From a virus: a DNA stretch of 64,000 bases. The notes beneath the pieces were generated by a model. It saw only the letters and a list, made by a program, of their open reading frames with translations, was not told the origin of the DNA and made no database searches. The stretch is taken from positions 46,898-110,897 of the IMG/VR virus record IMGVR_UViG_3300043446_004967. One strand, given 5' to 3'. The translations under genes and the position numbers were made by a program. Every line of letters begins with the position of its first letter. Position 1 is the stretch's first letter. Positions 17,624 through 25,590 of this stretch are shown here, piece after piece.

Positions 17624-17685
17624 CTCAATTCTCCACTGATTATTCTTTGTTAATTTTTGTTCGTGTCCGAAATGGCGGCTATTCC

Positions 17686-17946
17686 CTAACAGCAGCTAAT
17701 CGGCACACCCGTTCTACGCGCCTCGTCTTCGGTAATTTCAGCGACGTATGGGCAATCGCCGGCTTTTGCGATGCGGACCTCCGATAAGCTAACCGCTGCC
17801 TGCTTGTACGGCCTTTGCTCGGGGTCGTAGGGGTCGCATCGTAAGCACCGTACCCACTCGACCAGCGCGATGCCCTCCTGTTCGTTTACCTCATCCACCC
17901 AAACATGGGTGGCAACAACGGGGACTCTCCATTTGAGCTGTTCCAT
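17686..17946 (-). CDS. hypothetical protein
   Basis: 86 aa, RBS. Confidence 0.6.
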   Translation of the reverse strand: MEQLKWRVPVVATHVWVDEVNEQEGIALVEWVRCLRCDPYDPEQRPYKQAAVSLSEVRIAKAGDCPYVAEITEDEARRTGVPISCC

Positions 17947-18013
17947 GCCATTCCCCTATTTAAATTCCCCCGCCATTTTTTAATTAACGGGCGGGGGTTG
18001 TAAGGTTTTTTGA

Positions 18014-18478
18014 CTAGGCAGCGCGCCTGGATTGCCACAGGCGTACCGCCGCTTTTCTGTTAGATATCGAAACCCCGTTTCTTTTTAATACCCGACACCC
18101 TTCAGATATTGCGGTAACTTCGCTTCCATAATAGGCCGCTTCAATCTCGCGCGCCCACTCCTCCAATTTAGCGTTGTACGCAGCGATTAACGCCGGGGCC
18201 TCGGCCTCAGCCTTTTGCTTGGCCCGCGCCTCCGCCTCGGCCTTTTCTTTTCTTTCTTTGTAAAGTTTGGGTACCAAATCCCAGCTTTGGGGGGTTTGGC
18301 CCTCGGTCACACCCTTTATGAACTCTTTAAAACTCCCCTCTTTTCCGTGTTCTATCATGAATGATAAATGAGCAAGGCTCATCTTCATTATCATTTGATT
18401 ACCTTTTTCAGACCCCGAAAAAGCTTCCATGTACATGACGGCGAAATGGGCCGTAAGAGCAAAGTCTTGGGTTCCCAT
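18014..18478 (-). CDS. hypothetical early protein
   Basis: ATG after AAGGGG RBS, behind a promoter copy. Confidence 0.7.
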   Translation of the reverse strand: MGTQDFALTAHFAVMYMEAFSGSEKGNQMIMKMSLAHLSFMIEHGKEGSFKEFIKGVTEGQTPQSWDLVPKLYKERKEKAEAEARAKQKAEAEAPALIAAYNAKLEEWAREIEAAYYGSEVTAISEGCRVLKRNGVSISNRKAAVRLWQSRRAA

Positions 18479-18506
18479 GATTTTCCCCTTTTTTGCTTCT
18501 AATTTG

Positions 18507-18674
18507 TTTTTTTCTTCTAAAACCAGCCTACCCTCTTTCTTGTCGCTCGTCAAGAGACAAATTTGGCGAACACATAAAAAAACCGCCCCGTGCCCAGAGC
18601 GGTTCCCTTGTAAAGGTTTCTTATTCCTTCCGGATGAAGCCCAGGATAAGGCCCGGCGCAGCGGAGTCGAACCC
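18507..18674 (-). repeat. 168-bp direct repeat copy 1 (coding 3' end + terminator + promoter)
   Basis: near-identical to 20596-20763; includes TTGACG-17-TAGGCT promoter and ACCGC hairpin terminator. Confidence 0.92.
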
Positions 18675-19640
18675 GTGACGCGCAGTACGAGACTTGACGG
18701 AAGTAAATTTTTTGTACCTCACTAAGAATTTAACTAAATTTTTATCTATCTCCTCCTTAGGCGGAAGGTCTATAGGAAGTAGCGCGTCTTTCTCCGCGCT
18801 GTGCCGCATTTCCTTTTTCCTCTCGAAGTCAACACAGACACTTTGGTCCGCCGCCCAAGTCAGGCGGGCGCCCTCACGGGTTTTGCCGCGTCGGCCCAGA
18901 CGGCCGATCTTTTGGGCGATTTCCAAACCACCGTCCAGATCGTTCACTGCGAGGATAAGATTCTCGCACGGAAGGTTCACGCCCTGCTGGGCGATGTTGG
19001 ACGTAATCAGCGTATTAAGTTTTCCCCTTCTAAATTGCAAAAACTTAGTGAATATGTCGTATTCACTTCGCCGCCGGTCCGCGACGGCAAATTTTTCACC
19101 CATCTTAGATAAAACGCCCTGCCAGTAATCCACGTCTCGCCATGACGTGCACAAAATTAAGGTCGGCACCTGACCGATCCGCTCGGTCGCCTCAGTCAAG
19201 TCGATTTGCTCCTTTTGCGCCATCGGCGGGGCCGGCAACTCAACAACTCTATCCTCCTTTGGAATTTCAAACGGAACAGTTGCTGAAAGGCAGGTTACTT
19301 TTGTCTCGCCTTTCCGGCACGCCGCCATCAATGCGCGTAGGTGGACGCGCTGGCCCAAATACTCCCCGTCGACCCAATGCGCCTCGTCGATTATGACGGT
19401 TTTGTATTTTTTTACCGCCGCTAGACTGAGCGCCTGATAGGTGGCAAAAAGATTTCTAGTTCCCTCAATATGAGCCACACCCGTCTTGAGGGCGTCCCCT
19501 TCTCGCCCATAGTCAAGCCACGCCTCCATGGCCAAGAGTCGCGTCGGGGCCAGAAAGGCGAAAGGGGCTTGCGCCTCGCTAATCGCCTTGTAAGTTTTAC
19601 CAGACCCTGTAGGCCCGGTAATCCATGTGATTTTACTCAT
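18621..19640 (-). CDS. Suv3-like SF2 helicase ending in a Ro60-derived C-terminal peptide
   Basis: GPTGSGKT, APTRLLA, IIDEAH, SAT, SNIAQQGVNLP, QKIGRLGR; likely start ATG 19640 overlaps the upstream stop. Confidence 0.85.
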   Translation of the reverse strand: MSKITWITGPTGSGKTYKAISEAQAPFAFLAPTRLLAMEAWLDYGREGDALKTGVAHIEGTRNLFATYQALSLAAVKKYKTVIIDEAHWVDGEYLGQRVHLRALMAACRKGETKVTCLSATVPFEIPKEDRVVELPAPPMAQKEQIDLTEATERIGQVPTLILCTSWRDVDYWQGVLSKMGEKFAVADRRRSEYDIFTKFLQFRRGKLNTLITSNIAQQGVNLPCENLILAVNDLDGGLEIAQKIGRLGRRGKTREGARLTWAADQSVCVDFERKKEMRHSAEKDALLPIDLPPKEEIDKNLVKFLVRYKKFTSVKSRTARHGFDSAAPGLILGFIRKE

Positions 19641-20037
19641 CCTCATCCCCCGCCCTCGTTCGGAAGTCATCCCCGAGCCATTCGACGACTCGGTTAAATT
19701 CCAGCCCCTCCGCCTCCCTAGGCCATTCGACATGATCGGCTCTTCGGAAGAGGTTCCATTTTCGGAGTAAACAAAGCTCCACAATTGGCCTCGTCACTAA
19801 ATTGAGCGAGGCCCAGCAAGACGATTTCTTTAGGGTATCAATCAATTCTTGTCCCGATCTAGGGCGAACATGAGGATCGCCGTCCATTATTTCGTCGGCT
19901 ATATTCAATGCTGTATTGATTTGCCTATAATATTCATTATTATCGCAATCATATTTACAAAGGCGCGGGCGGCCTTTGCTGTCCAAATCGACGGCGGCGT
20001 TGTTGTTGTTGTTGTTGTTGTTGTTGTTATTTTCCAT
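19633..20037 (-). CDS. poly-Asn hypothetical protein (paralog of 17315..17623)
   Basis: MENNNNNNNNNNNAAVDLDSKGRPR; (AAC)n microsatellite. Confidence 0.8.
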   Translation of the reverse strand: MENNNNNNNNNNNAAVDLDSKGRPRLCKYDCDNNEYYRQINTALNIADEIMDGDPHVRPRSGQELIDTLKKSSCWASLNLVTRPIVELCLLRKWNLFRRADHVEWPREAEGLEFNRVVEWLGDDFRTRAGDEDE

Positions 20038-20050
20038 TTCGCTTCCCCTT

Positions 20051-20314
20051 TTATGGATTTTTGTCAAATTTGGTGTATTTTTTTGCCGCAGCAGCAAAAT
20101 CGGCTGCCTTTTCGGCGTAAAGCGGGTCAAAGTTAGCCGCCTCCGCCATCTTCACCGCCGCTTCCCGGAAGCGGTATTGCGTGAACAAAGCCAGCGCAAA
20201 GAGGGCCTTGGCTTGCGCTGCCCGCTGGACCGCGCGCCGCGCCTCCTCCATTGCCTCCTGCTCTAACTCCAGCATCCCCCCCGCACCTCTCGCGGAACCC
20301 TCCACAGGCATCAC
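20051..20314 (-). CDS. small helical (TPR-like) protein
   Basis: A...A..Y.F.EA...M..A...DP pattern. Confidence 0.55.
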   Translation of the reverse strand: MMPVEGSARGAGGMLELEQEAMEEARRAVQRAAQAKALFALALFTQYRFREAAVKMAEAANFDPLYAEKAADFAAAAKKYTKFDKNP

Positions 20315-20326
20315 CTTTCCCCCGCG

Positions 20327-20575
20327 TCAGTTACTTTTTAGTCGTTGATCGTACTCATCAACGAACTTTTGAAAGTATGGCGCGAGTGACCCCGCGTTAG
20401 CCATACATTGCCGCGCCTTACTCAGATCACCCCGCTGTTCGTGCGTTCGCGCCAGCCAGTATTCGGCAGCGCAGCTCGCGGCCACTGAGCGCTGAAAACA
20501 TTCGTCAGCGCTCATCGCCGGCGTAAATGCCAGCTCCGCGTAAGGCCACCTCTTTCTACGGAATAATGAAAACAC
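20327..20575 (-). CDS. small helical (TPR-like) protein
   Basis: AEYWLARTHEQRGDLSKARQCMANAGSLAP resembles one TPR unit. Confidence 0.6.
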   Translation of the reverse strand: MFSLFRRKRWPYAELAFTPAMSADECFQRSVAASCAAEYWLARTHEQRGDLSKARQCMANAGSLAPYFQKFVDEYDQRLKSN

Positions 20576-20595
20576 TTACCTGTAACCCCTTTTTC

Positions 20596-20763
20596 TTTTT
20601 TTCTTCTAAAACCAGCCTACCCTCTTTCGTGTCGCTCGTCAAGAGACAAATTTGGCGAACACATAAAAAAACCGCCCCGTGCTCAGGGCGGTTCCCTTGT
20701 AAAACCCCCTTATTCCTTCCGGATGAAGCCCATGATAAGGCCCGGCGCAGCGGAGTCGAACCC
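20596..20763 (-). repeat. 168-bp direct repeat copy 2
   Basis: offset 2089 bp from copy 1. Confidence 0.92.
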
Positions 20764-21411
20764 AGATACCCCGAAGGACAACGGGTCTTTCGGGTCCGCT
20801 ACGGATCCCCTGTTCGCGGCAGCCGCAAGAACCACCAGCTTGGCCTTCGGGTGGCTCATGCGCAGAAGATCCCGCAAGGTCCACTCGTTGCGATTGTAGT
20901 ATTTAAGTGCCTGCCAAACTAACGCCTCGCCGGACTTCTCAGTAAACCAACGGGCGACCGCATCCCGCAAACCGCGACCCCATCCCCGCAACTTGTCCGA
21001 AAAACTTACAAACATTAGAATGTCGGTGCCCGTGCGGGCGACCGAGGGCAAGGCAGCTAAGGCCAGCCCCTTCGCCTCCGGCGTGGAGCACGACGCGACC
21101 AACGCTAAGGCAAAGATAACAGTATCCCGCTTCGCCGCCCTGCCGGCCATGCTGATCTCTACGATACGCGCGATAACGCGCACTGCGTCCCGCTCACACA
21201 ATGTGAGCAGGATTATCGCGTTCTCTTTAGTCAATGCCTCCGGACGCACGTAATACGTGCCGTTTTGCGATCCCGTTGTTAAAAAACGGTCCAACTGCTC
21301 CCACGGGTCCACCTCGTAGTAGGCGCCCCCGGCATTATTGGGGACTTGCCCCGGCAGAGGCTTTTTCGTAGAAAGCCCGCTCCCGCGCAAAATATCGCCA
21401 TACTTCGTCAT
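20710..21411 (-). CDS. rsr: Ro60/Rsr (TROVE) homolog with a large internal deletion
   Basis: QVPNNAGG, LDRFL..GS..GTYY, GWGRGLRDAV..W, KY.NR.EWT.RDLLR.SHPK joined directly to the vWA C-terminus AKLVV...SVADPKD...GFDSAAP. Confidence 0.9.
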   Translation of the reverse strand: MTKYGDILRGSGLSTKKPLPGQVPNNAGGAYYEVDPWEQLDRFLTTGSQNGTYYVRPEALTKENAIILLTLCERDAVRVIARIVEISMAGRAAKRDTVIFALALVASCSTPEAKGLALAALPSVARTGTDILMFVSFSDKLRGWGRGLRDAVARWFTEKSGEALVWQALKYYNRNEWTLRDLLRMSHPKAKLVVLAAAANRGSVADPKDPLSFGVSGFDSAAPGLIMGFIRKE

Positions 21412-21534
21412 TTTTTACGTCCTCTTTTCTCTTGTGTGCAGGCGTAACCCTGCACTGCCGCACGCTCAGCCGTCAACTACGGGAACCGCGAATAAGGCAA
21501 AATGAAAAAAACGAGGGGGGTGGAGAAGAAAAGG

Positions 21535-21636
21535 CGCGGGGCACGCTCAGCAGAAAAGCGATTAATAGCAGACGGCAATGCTGCTAATAAAACTGCGACT
21601 GTCACACAGTGGCTTGCTGCTGGTCTGGTGCCCCGC
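21535..21636 (-). ncRNA. structured RNA element between the Y-RNA-like array and the Ro60 gene
   Basis: closing stem GCGGGGCAC/GTGCCCCGC, CAGCAG/CTGCTG and two internal hairpins. Confidence 0.5.
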
Positions 21637-21646
21637 ATAAAAGTAA

Positions 21647-21731
21647 CTCTAAACGAATTAGACATGCTTGTCGCACAGGAGCATATGATTACAAGTCATA
21701 ACCTATGCGCTACGGCCCAACCCGTTTAGAG
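21647..21731 (-). ncRNA. Y-RNA-like RNA 1 (loop CU-UGU-AA)
   Basis: terminal stem, GGGCCG...ATGTCT bulged helix, GGTTAT motif; G-U pairs indicate the minus strand. Confidence 0.75.
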
Positions 21732-21739
21732 ATACGGTA

Positions 21740-21820
21740 TAAACAAACTGGACATTAGTTGCCCACAGGAGGGTATGTATTTCAAGGACATAACCTGCGA
21801 GCATCGGCCCAGTTTGTTTA
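21740..21820 (-). ncRNA. Y-RNA-like RNA 2 (loop CU-UGA-AA)
   Basis: 12-bp terminal stem TAAACAAACTGG/CCAGTTTGTTTA, GGGCCGA...ATGTCC, GGTTAT. Confidence 0.75.
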
Positions 21821-21822
21821 AG

Positions 21823-21905
21823 TATCGGGCATAAATCACCAGCCGGAGAGGGCGCAAGGCCCCATTTAGTATCTTGAATGATAACCAGCCGGTAGCGGCT
21901 CGATA
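21823..21905 (-). ncRNA. Y-RNA-like RNA 3
   Basis: TATCGAGCCG...ATGCCCGATA, GGTTATC, extra hairpin; begins at the predicted +1. Confidence 0.7.
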
Positions 21906-21911
21906 AAAAGA

Positions 21912-21940
21912 ACTCTATCGCAAAGCCCCGAACGACGCAA
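21912..21940 (-). promoter_or_regulatory. promoter for the RNA array
   Basis: TTGCGT-17-TAGAGT with AT-rich upstream element, ~7 nt before RNA 3. Confidence 0.6.
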
Positions 21941-22158
21941 GCTTTTTTTGAAAAAAATCAGCCGAACGCCAGTGCAATTTTTACTATACTATAGTCTAAT
22001 AGGTATGTATCTAATTGAGGTTACTCTCGCCTAAGCGAGAGTAACCTACGTGGCGTGGCCTTACGGTCGAGAAATATACCACAATTACGGCGCCGCCCGA
22101 GGCGACGCGCTTAAATTCCCATTTACTATCTACTATTTGCCGGAAGGGAGACGGCCCG

Positions 22159-22641
22159 TTAACGGATAAGCCCCGTTCGCACGTATAAATGCAAATCCTC
22201 CGGAAGCTCCTGTACCTCCCGGCTCTCCATAAAATAACGGTAAGCCGCCTTTCCCGCCGCTTCAACCTTCTCTCTCTTATCCCAGGAAAAATCCTCTGGG
22301 CTATGCCATGAGGACCAGCCAATGGAGACAATGTAAACTGGCCGTGCCTTGCACGTAAACGAAGAAAACTCCGAACTCGCCCCGTTCTCCTTCAAAAATG
22401 GCAGACAGTAACGTTTAGCCTCGTCGCGTAGTAGCAGCGCGGGAGATACAAAAGCGTCAATGTAGTGCCCGTGGCCCGGAAACTCCGTCGTCAAAGACAC
22501 TAAAGCCGTCTGAGCCGCGTTATATACGGCTGAGTATGCCTTATTAAAATCGGACTCCCCTTTCTCGGAGAGGAAGCGGCAAGAGAACCTGTCTAACCGT
22601 AATAATCCGTCGACCTTATCGGAGGAAATGAACACCGGCAT
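22159..22641 (-). CDS. hypothetical protein
   Basis: 160 aa, AAGGG RBS. Confidence 0.65.
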   Translation of the reverse strand: MPVFISSDKVDGLLRLDRFSCRFLSEKGESDFNKAYSAVYNAAQTALVSLTTEFPGHGHYIDAFVSPALLLRDEAKRYCLPFLKENGASSEFSSFTCKARPVYIVSIGWSSWHSPEDFSWDKREKVEAAGKAAYRYFMESREVQELPEDLHLYVRTGLIR

Positions 22642-22671
22642 ATGCCTATTACCCTTTTTTGAAACTAAAAA

Positions 22672-23736
22672 CTAAGTTAAAAACATACGTAGCACATTTA
22701 ACGCTACGTAATACGCTAGATTGCAGGGCACTGCGTTACCTATTAATCGAAACGCAGCGGAATTACCGCAGTCTATGGCAAAGTCGTGCGGAAAGGTCTG
22801 TAGGGCCAAGGCTTCGTCCACCGTTAACCTACGCAAGTCCGGAGGAATCTGCGACGCCGCATAGGGCGCCCCGCCCCGCACTAAGTGCGAATGGTAGGAG
22901 GAGACCCAGTCCTCGGCGTCGGGGTCGGCTAGCCTCCGCCCGTCGATGATCGGTGTCTTGTTGCCACCCAACGACGCGCATAACGTCGGAGCGTAGCCTT
23001 CAAGATTGATAGGGCGGCCGGCCCCGTTAAACAGCATTCCCGCATAAGGAGACCGGCGAATAATCGGGTTGCGCGCGGGCGTAATCACCGCGTTGCACGT
23101 CCGCAAATTATTACCCTCCCCCGCAGGGGCTAAGTGTGCCAACGCCTGCCTGACCGTAGGCCCTTCCTCACGTAAGGGCCAAAAAAGCCCGGAAGATGCA
23201 TAAGGGGCACGCAGCCTTCCGCCGCATCCTTCGGCTATATCAGAGCTGACCCCCACTAAAAAACAACGAGCCCTAGTCTGAGGCACGCCAAAATGAGACG
23301 CGCATAATACGTCCCAATGTACGTAATACCCTAGAGCGTTAAAAGCACGGCTCAGGAGTTCCCGCAACGAACGCCACTTACGTAAGTGGTAGAGCGCCGC
23401 GACGTTCTCCATGACGAACGCCCTAGGGCGAACGGTGCGTACCGCCGCTACAAACGCCCACACAAGTGCGCTCCTGACGTCCTCCGGGTCCATTTTACCC
23501 GCTACGGAAAACCCCTGACAAGGAGGCCCCCCAAAAACTAAGTCAACCTCCCTATACGCAGCTAACGCGGGCAAAAATGCACGAACATCGCCGCAAGCGA
23601 TGTTCCCTAGTCCGTTCTCCTCGTACACTCGACAGGCAACGGGGTCTACGTCATTAGACCACACAACGCCAACGCCCGCCCGCCTGACCCCTAAGTCCAT
23701 GCCTCCTGCACCGGAGAAAAGTGACACCGCGTACAT
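22672..23736 (-). CDS. DNA (cytosine-5)-methyltransferase
   Basis: LFSGAGG, GGPPCQGFS, ENV, QTRAR, LQTFP, GNAVP motifs all present. Confidence 0.96.
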   Translation of the reverse strand: MYAVSLFSGAGGMDLGVRRAGVGVVWSNDVDPVACRVYEENGLGNIACGDVRAFLPALAAYREVDLVFGGPPCQGFSVAGKMDPEDVRSALVWAFVAAVRTVRPRAFVMENVAALYHLRKWRSLRELLSRAFNALGYYVHWDVLCASHFGVPQTRARCFLVGVSSDIAEGCGGRLRAPYASSGLFWPLREEGPTVRQALAHLAPAGEGNNLRTCNAVITPARNPIIRRSPYAGMLFNGAGRPINLEGYAPTLCASLGGNKTPIIDGRRLADPDAEDWVSSYHSHLVRGGAPYAASQIPPDLRRLTVDEALALQTFPHDFAIDCGNSAAFRLIGNAVPCNLAYYVALNVLRMFLT

Positions 23737-23965
23737 ATGACATGGCCCCTTACGCCGCATACTGTAGAAAAGAGAACGCCCTAGTAACCGTCCTCCTCAT
23801 CGTCCCTCCTCTCGTGCACACAATCACGGCAGTTACAGCACGGCGAAGGCTCTTTACAAACCCACGCCACCGCCCAAATCACCGCCGCACCCAACGCGCA
23901 AAATGCAGTAAACATACCTATTCCTTCTCTAAGAATTTAATAACCTAACCCTAGCCCCCAGCGAG

Positions 23966-24244
23966 CTACCCCTCCACCAGACGCCCCGCTAACGTAACCA
24001 AGTCCGTTACCGTCCGACACTCCGTGACGGCGTCGAGGATCCCCTCCCCGTTACCTACATCCACCTCGCTCAGCTCCTCAACCCCTATAGTCGTAAACTC
24101 TTGTAAGAAGGCCCGCCCAAACTCAGCCTGCGCCTCCTCATCGTGGCCCCACAAATCACATAGCGAGTCGTCAGAAGCAATCTCGTCTTCGTCAATATCC
24201 AAAACCTCGCCCAATAGGGCCATCACTCTGTCTTCTATTTCCAT
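23966..24244 (-). CDS. acyl-carrier-protein-like acidic protein lacking the phosphopantetheine serine
   Basis: IEDRV..LL.EVL.I.EDEI...SL.DL.GHDEE...F.QEF...TV.DLV aligns to ACP; GADSL is replaced by GHDEE. Confidence 0.7.
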   Translation of the reverse strand: MEIEDRVMALLGEVLDIDEDEIASDDSLCDLWGHDEEAQAEFGRAFLQEFTTIGVEELSEVDVGNGEGILDAVTECRTVTDLVTLAGRLVEG

Positions 24245-24264
24245 ACCTTTTTACTTATATAGTG

Positions 24265-25590
24265 TTAATAAAATAATTTTATTGTAGTTTTCTGTAGCCA
24301 TTCGGGCCATCGCACGAGTCCCCACGGACACCGTATAGATTCGCCCTGCTTAGCGGCAAGGTGGCGCCAAGCGACCCCATAGTAGGCCCCGCAATAGCGG
24401 AAGTCAAGGTGACACTGATCCGCCCCGGGCGCGAGTTCCCCGGCAAAGCGCGACATCAAAGACTTCCCGTGCGCCGTATGGTTGTCATGTGCATACAAGG
24501 GAATGCGCTTATACGCACCGGAAGGCAACCGATAATCCTCCGCCGTGAGGATGTAGGCTTTACGGCGTTCGGATACGGGCGGCCCGGCCTCAGGGTTTTC
24601 GCCCATCAGCGCGTCCGCGAAAGCGTTGATCTCGTGATAGCCTATGGACTTCACTAATCCATGCCTGCGCTTGATAGCCGCCTGAACAGACTCGACGTAG
24701 CGCGCGTCATAGGAGAAAGCATTTGACCCCGATCCCCCGAAAAAAATCATGCCGAGAAGATCAAACAGCGCAAGAATATGCGCGGCGTGATCGGGAAGGC
24801 CCTTCTTCGGCTGGGACTTCAACAACCCTTTTAGGCCGTACTGTACCTTAACCGCGTCACCCTCTTTAAACCCCTCTAAAAGGGCTTCCTTGAGGCCCGC
24901 ATACGCCGTGGGGGGCAAAACATCCCGCGCCTGACTAACTTTATACGAAAAGTCTTTCGCCAAAGCAGCATAACCCCGCATCTCTGCGCAGAAAATAGCG
25001 TAGCGCTGCGGCTGATCCCACTTTTTAACGCTTCCGCAAAAAAGAAGAACGCACTCGTATAGTAGACGGTAATCCTCCTCCGGAGACCGCACTTTCCCGG
25101 AAAGCTGAACAAGCGAATCCAGTAAAAAACGTAGTAGAGAAACATCCCTAGTCTCCTCGAATAGGACGTTTATCATGTAACGCACGGGCGAGGCAAACCC
25201 CCGAAAGCGCGTAAGTAAAAGCGCCCAAAAATACGCCGCCGCTACATCGCCTCTCCGTAACTCCTTGTGGAAAGCGCTCGCCACCTCCCAATACAAAGGG
25301 TATCGCGTGCTCAACGCCTTTAGATAGTCCGCCAGCAGCGGAAGCTGGCCGTGACGCTGCGTAATGTCCCATAGCGCCTGCAATTTATGGCTGCAATAGG
25401 GCCGGAGAACACGCTCCCCCTCCGCGCCATTGCCTATAGGGCTGCCCGCCGCGCACGTACAAGTACCCTCCGCTAAGTTAACGCGGAAAGCCGCGCCTCC
25501 TGAACGAGAACTGCCTTTGACCGTGCAGACCCCCGTAAATAAAGGATTTATAGGCGTAAATATATCTGACATAATTTTCAGGTTTCCCAC
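24265..25590 (-). CDS. SWIM zinc finger + MgsA/RarA C-terminal-like protein
   Basis: CTC...CSH SWIM finger; SAFHKELRRGD; P.YAHD.HT..GK. Confidence 0.65.
   Translation of the reverse strand: MGNLKIMSDIFTPINPLFTGVCTVKGSSRSGGAAFRVNLAEGTCTCAAGSPIGNGAEGERVLRPYCSHKLQALWDITQRHGQLPLLADYLKALSTRYPLYWEVASAFHKELRRGDVAAAYFWALLLTRFRGFASPVRYMINVLFEETRDVSLLRFLLDSLVQLSGKVRSPEEDYRLLYECVLLFCGSVKKWDQPQRYAIFCAEMRGYAALAKDFSYKVSQARDVLPPTAYAGLKEALLEGFKEGDAVKVQYGLKGLLKSQPKKGLPDHAAHILALFDLLGMIFFGGSGSNAFSYDARYVESVQAAIKRRHGLVKSIGYHEINAFADALMGENPEAGPPVSERRKAYILTAEDYRLPSGAYKRIPLYAHDNHTAHGKSLMSRFAGELAPGADQCHLDFRYCGAYYGVAWRHLAAKQGESIRCPWGLVRWPEWLQKTTIKLFY

Noticed and set aside
21477-21729. ORFs 21477..21665 (-) and 21502..21729 (+)
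   Set aside because: They overlap the structured RNA units and show no protein-like features
21647-21905. CRISPR array or canonical tRNA cluster
   Set aside because: Units share structure rather than identical repeats, and lack D/T arms and CCA
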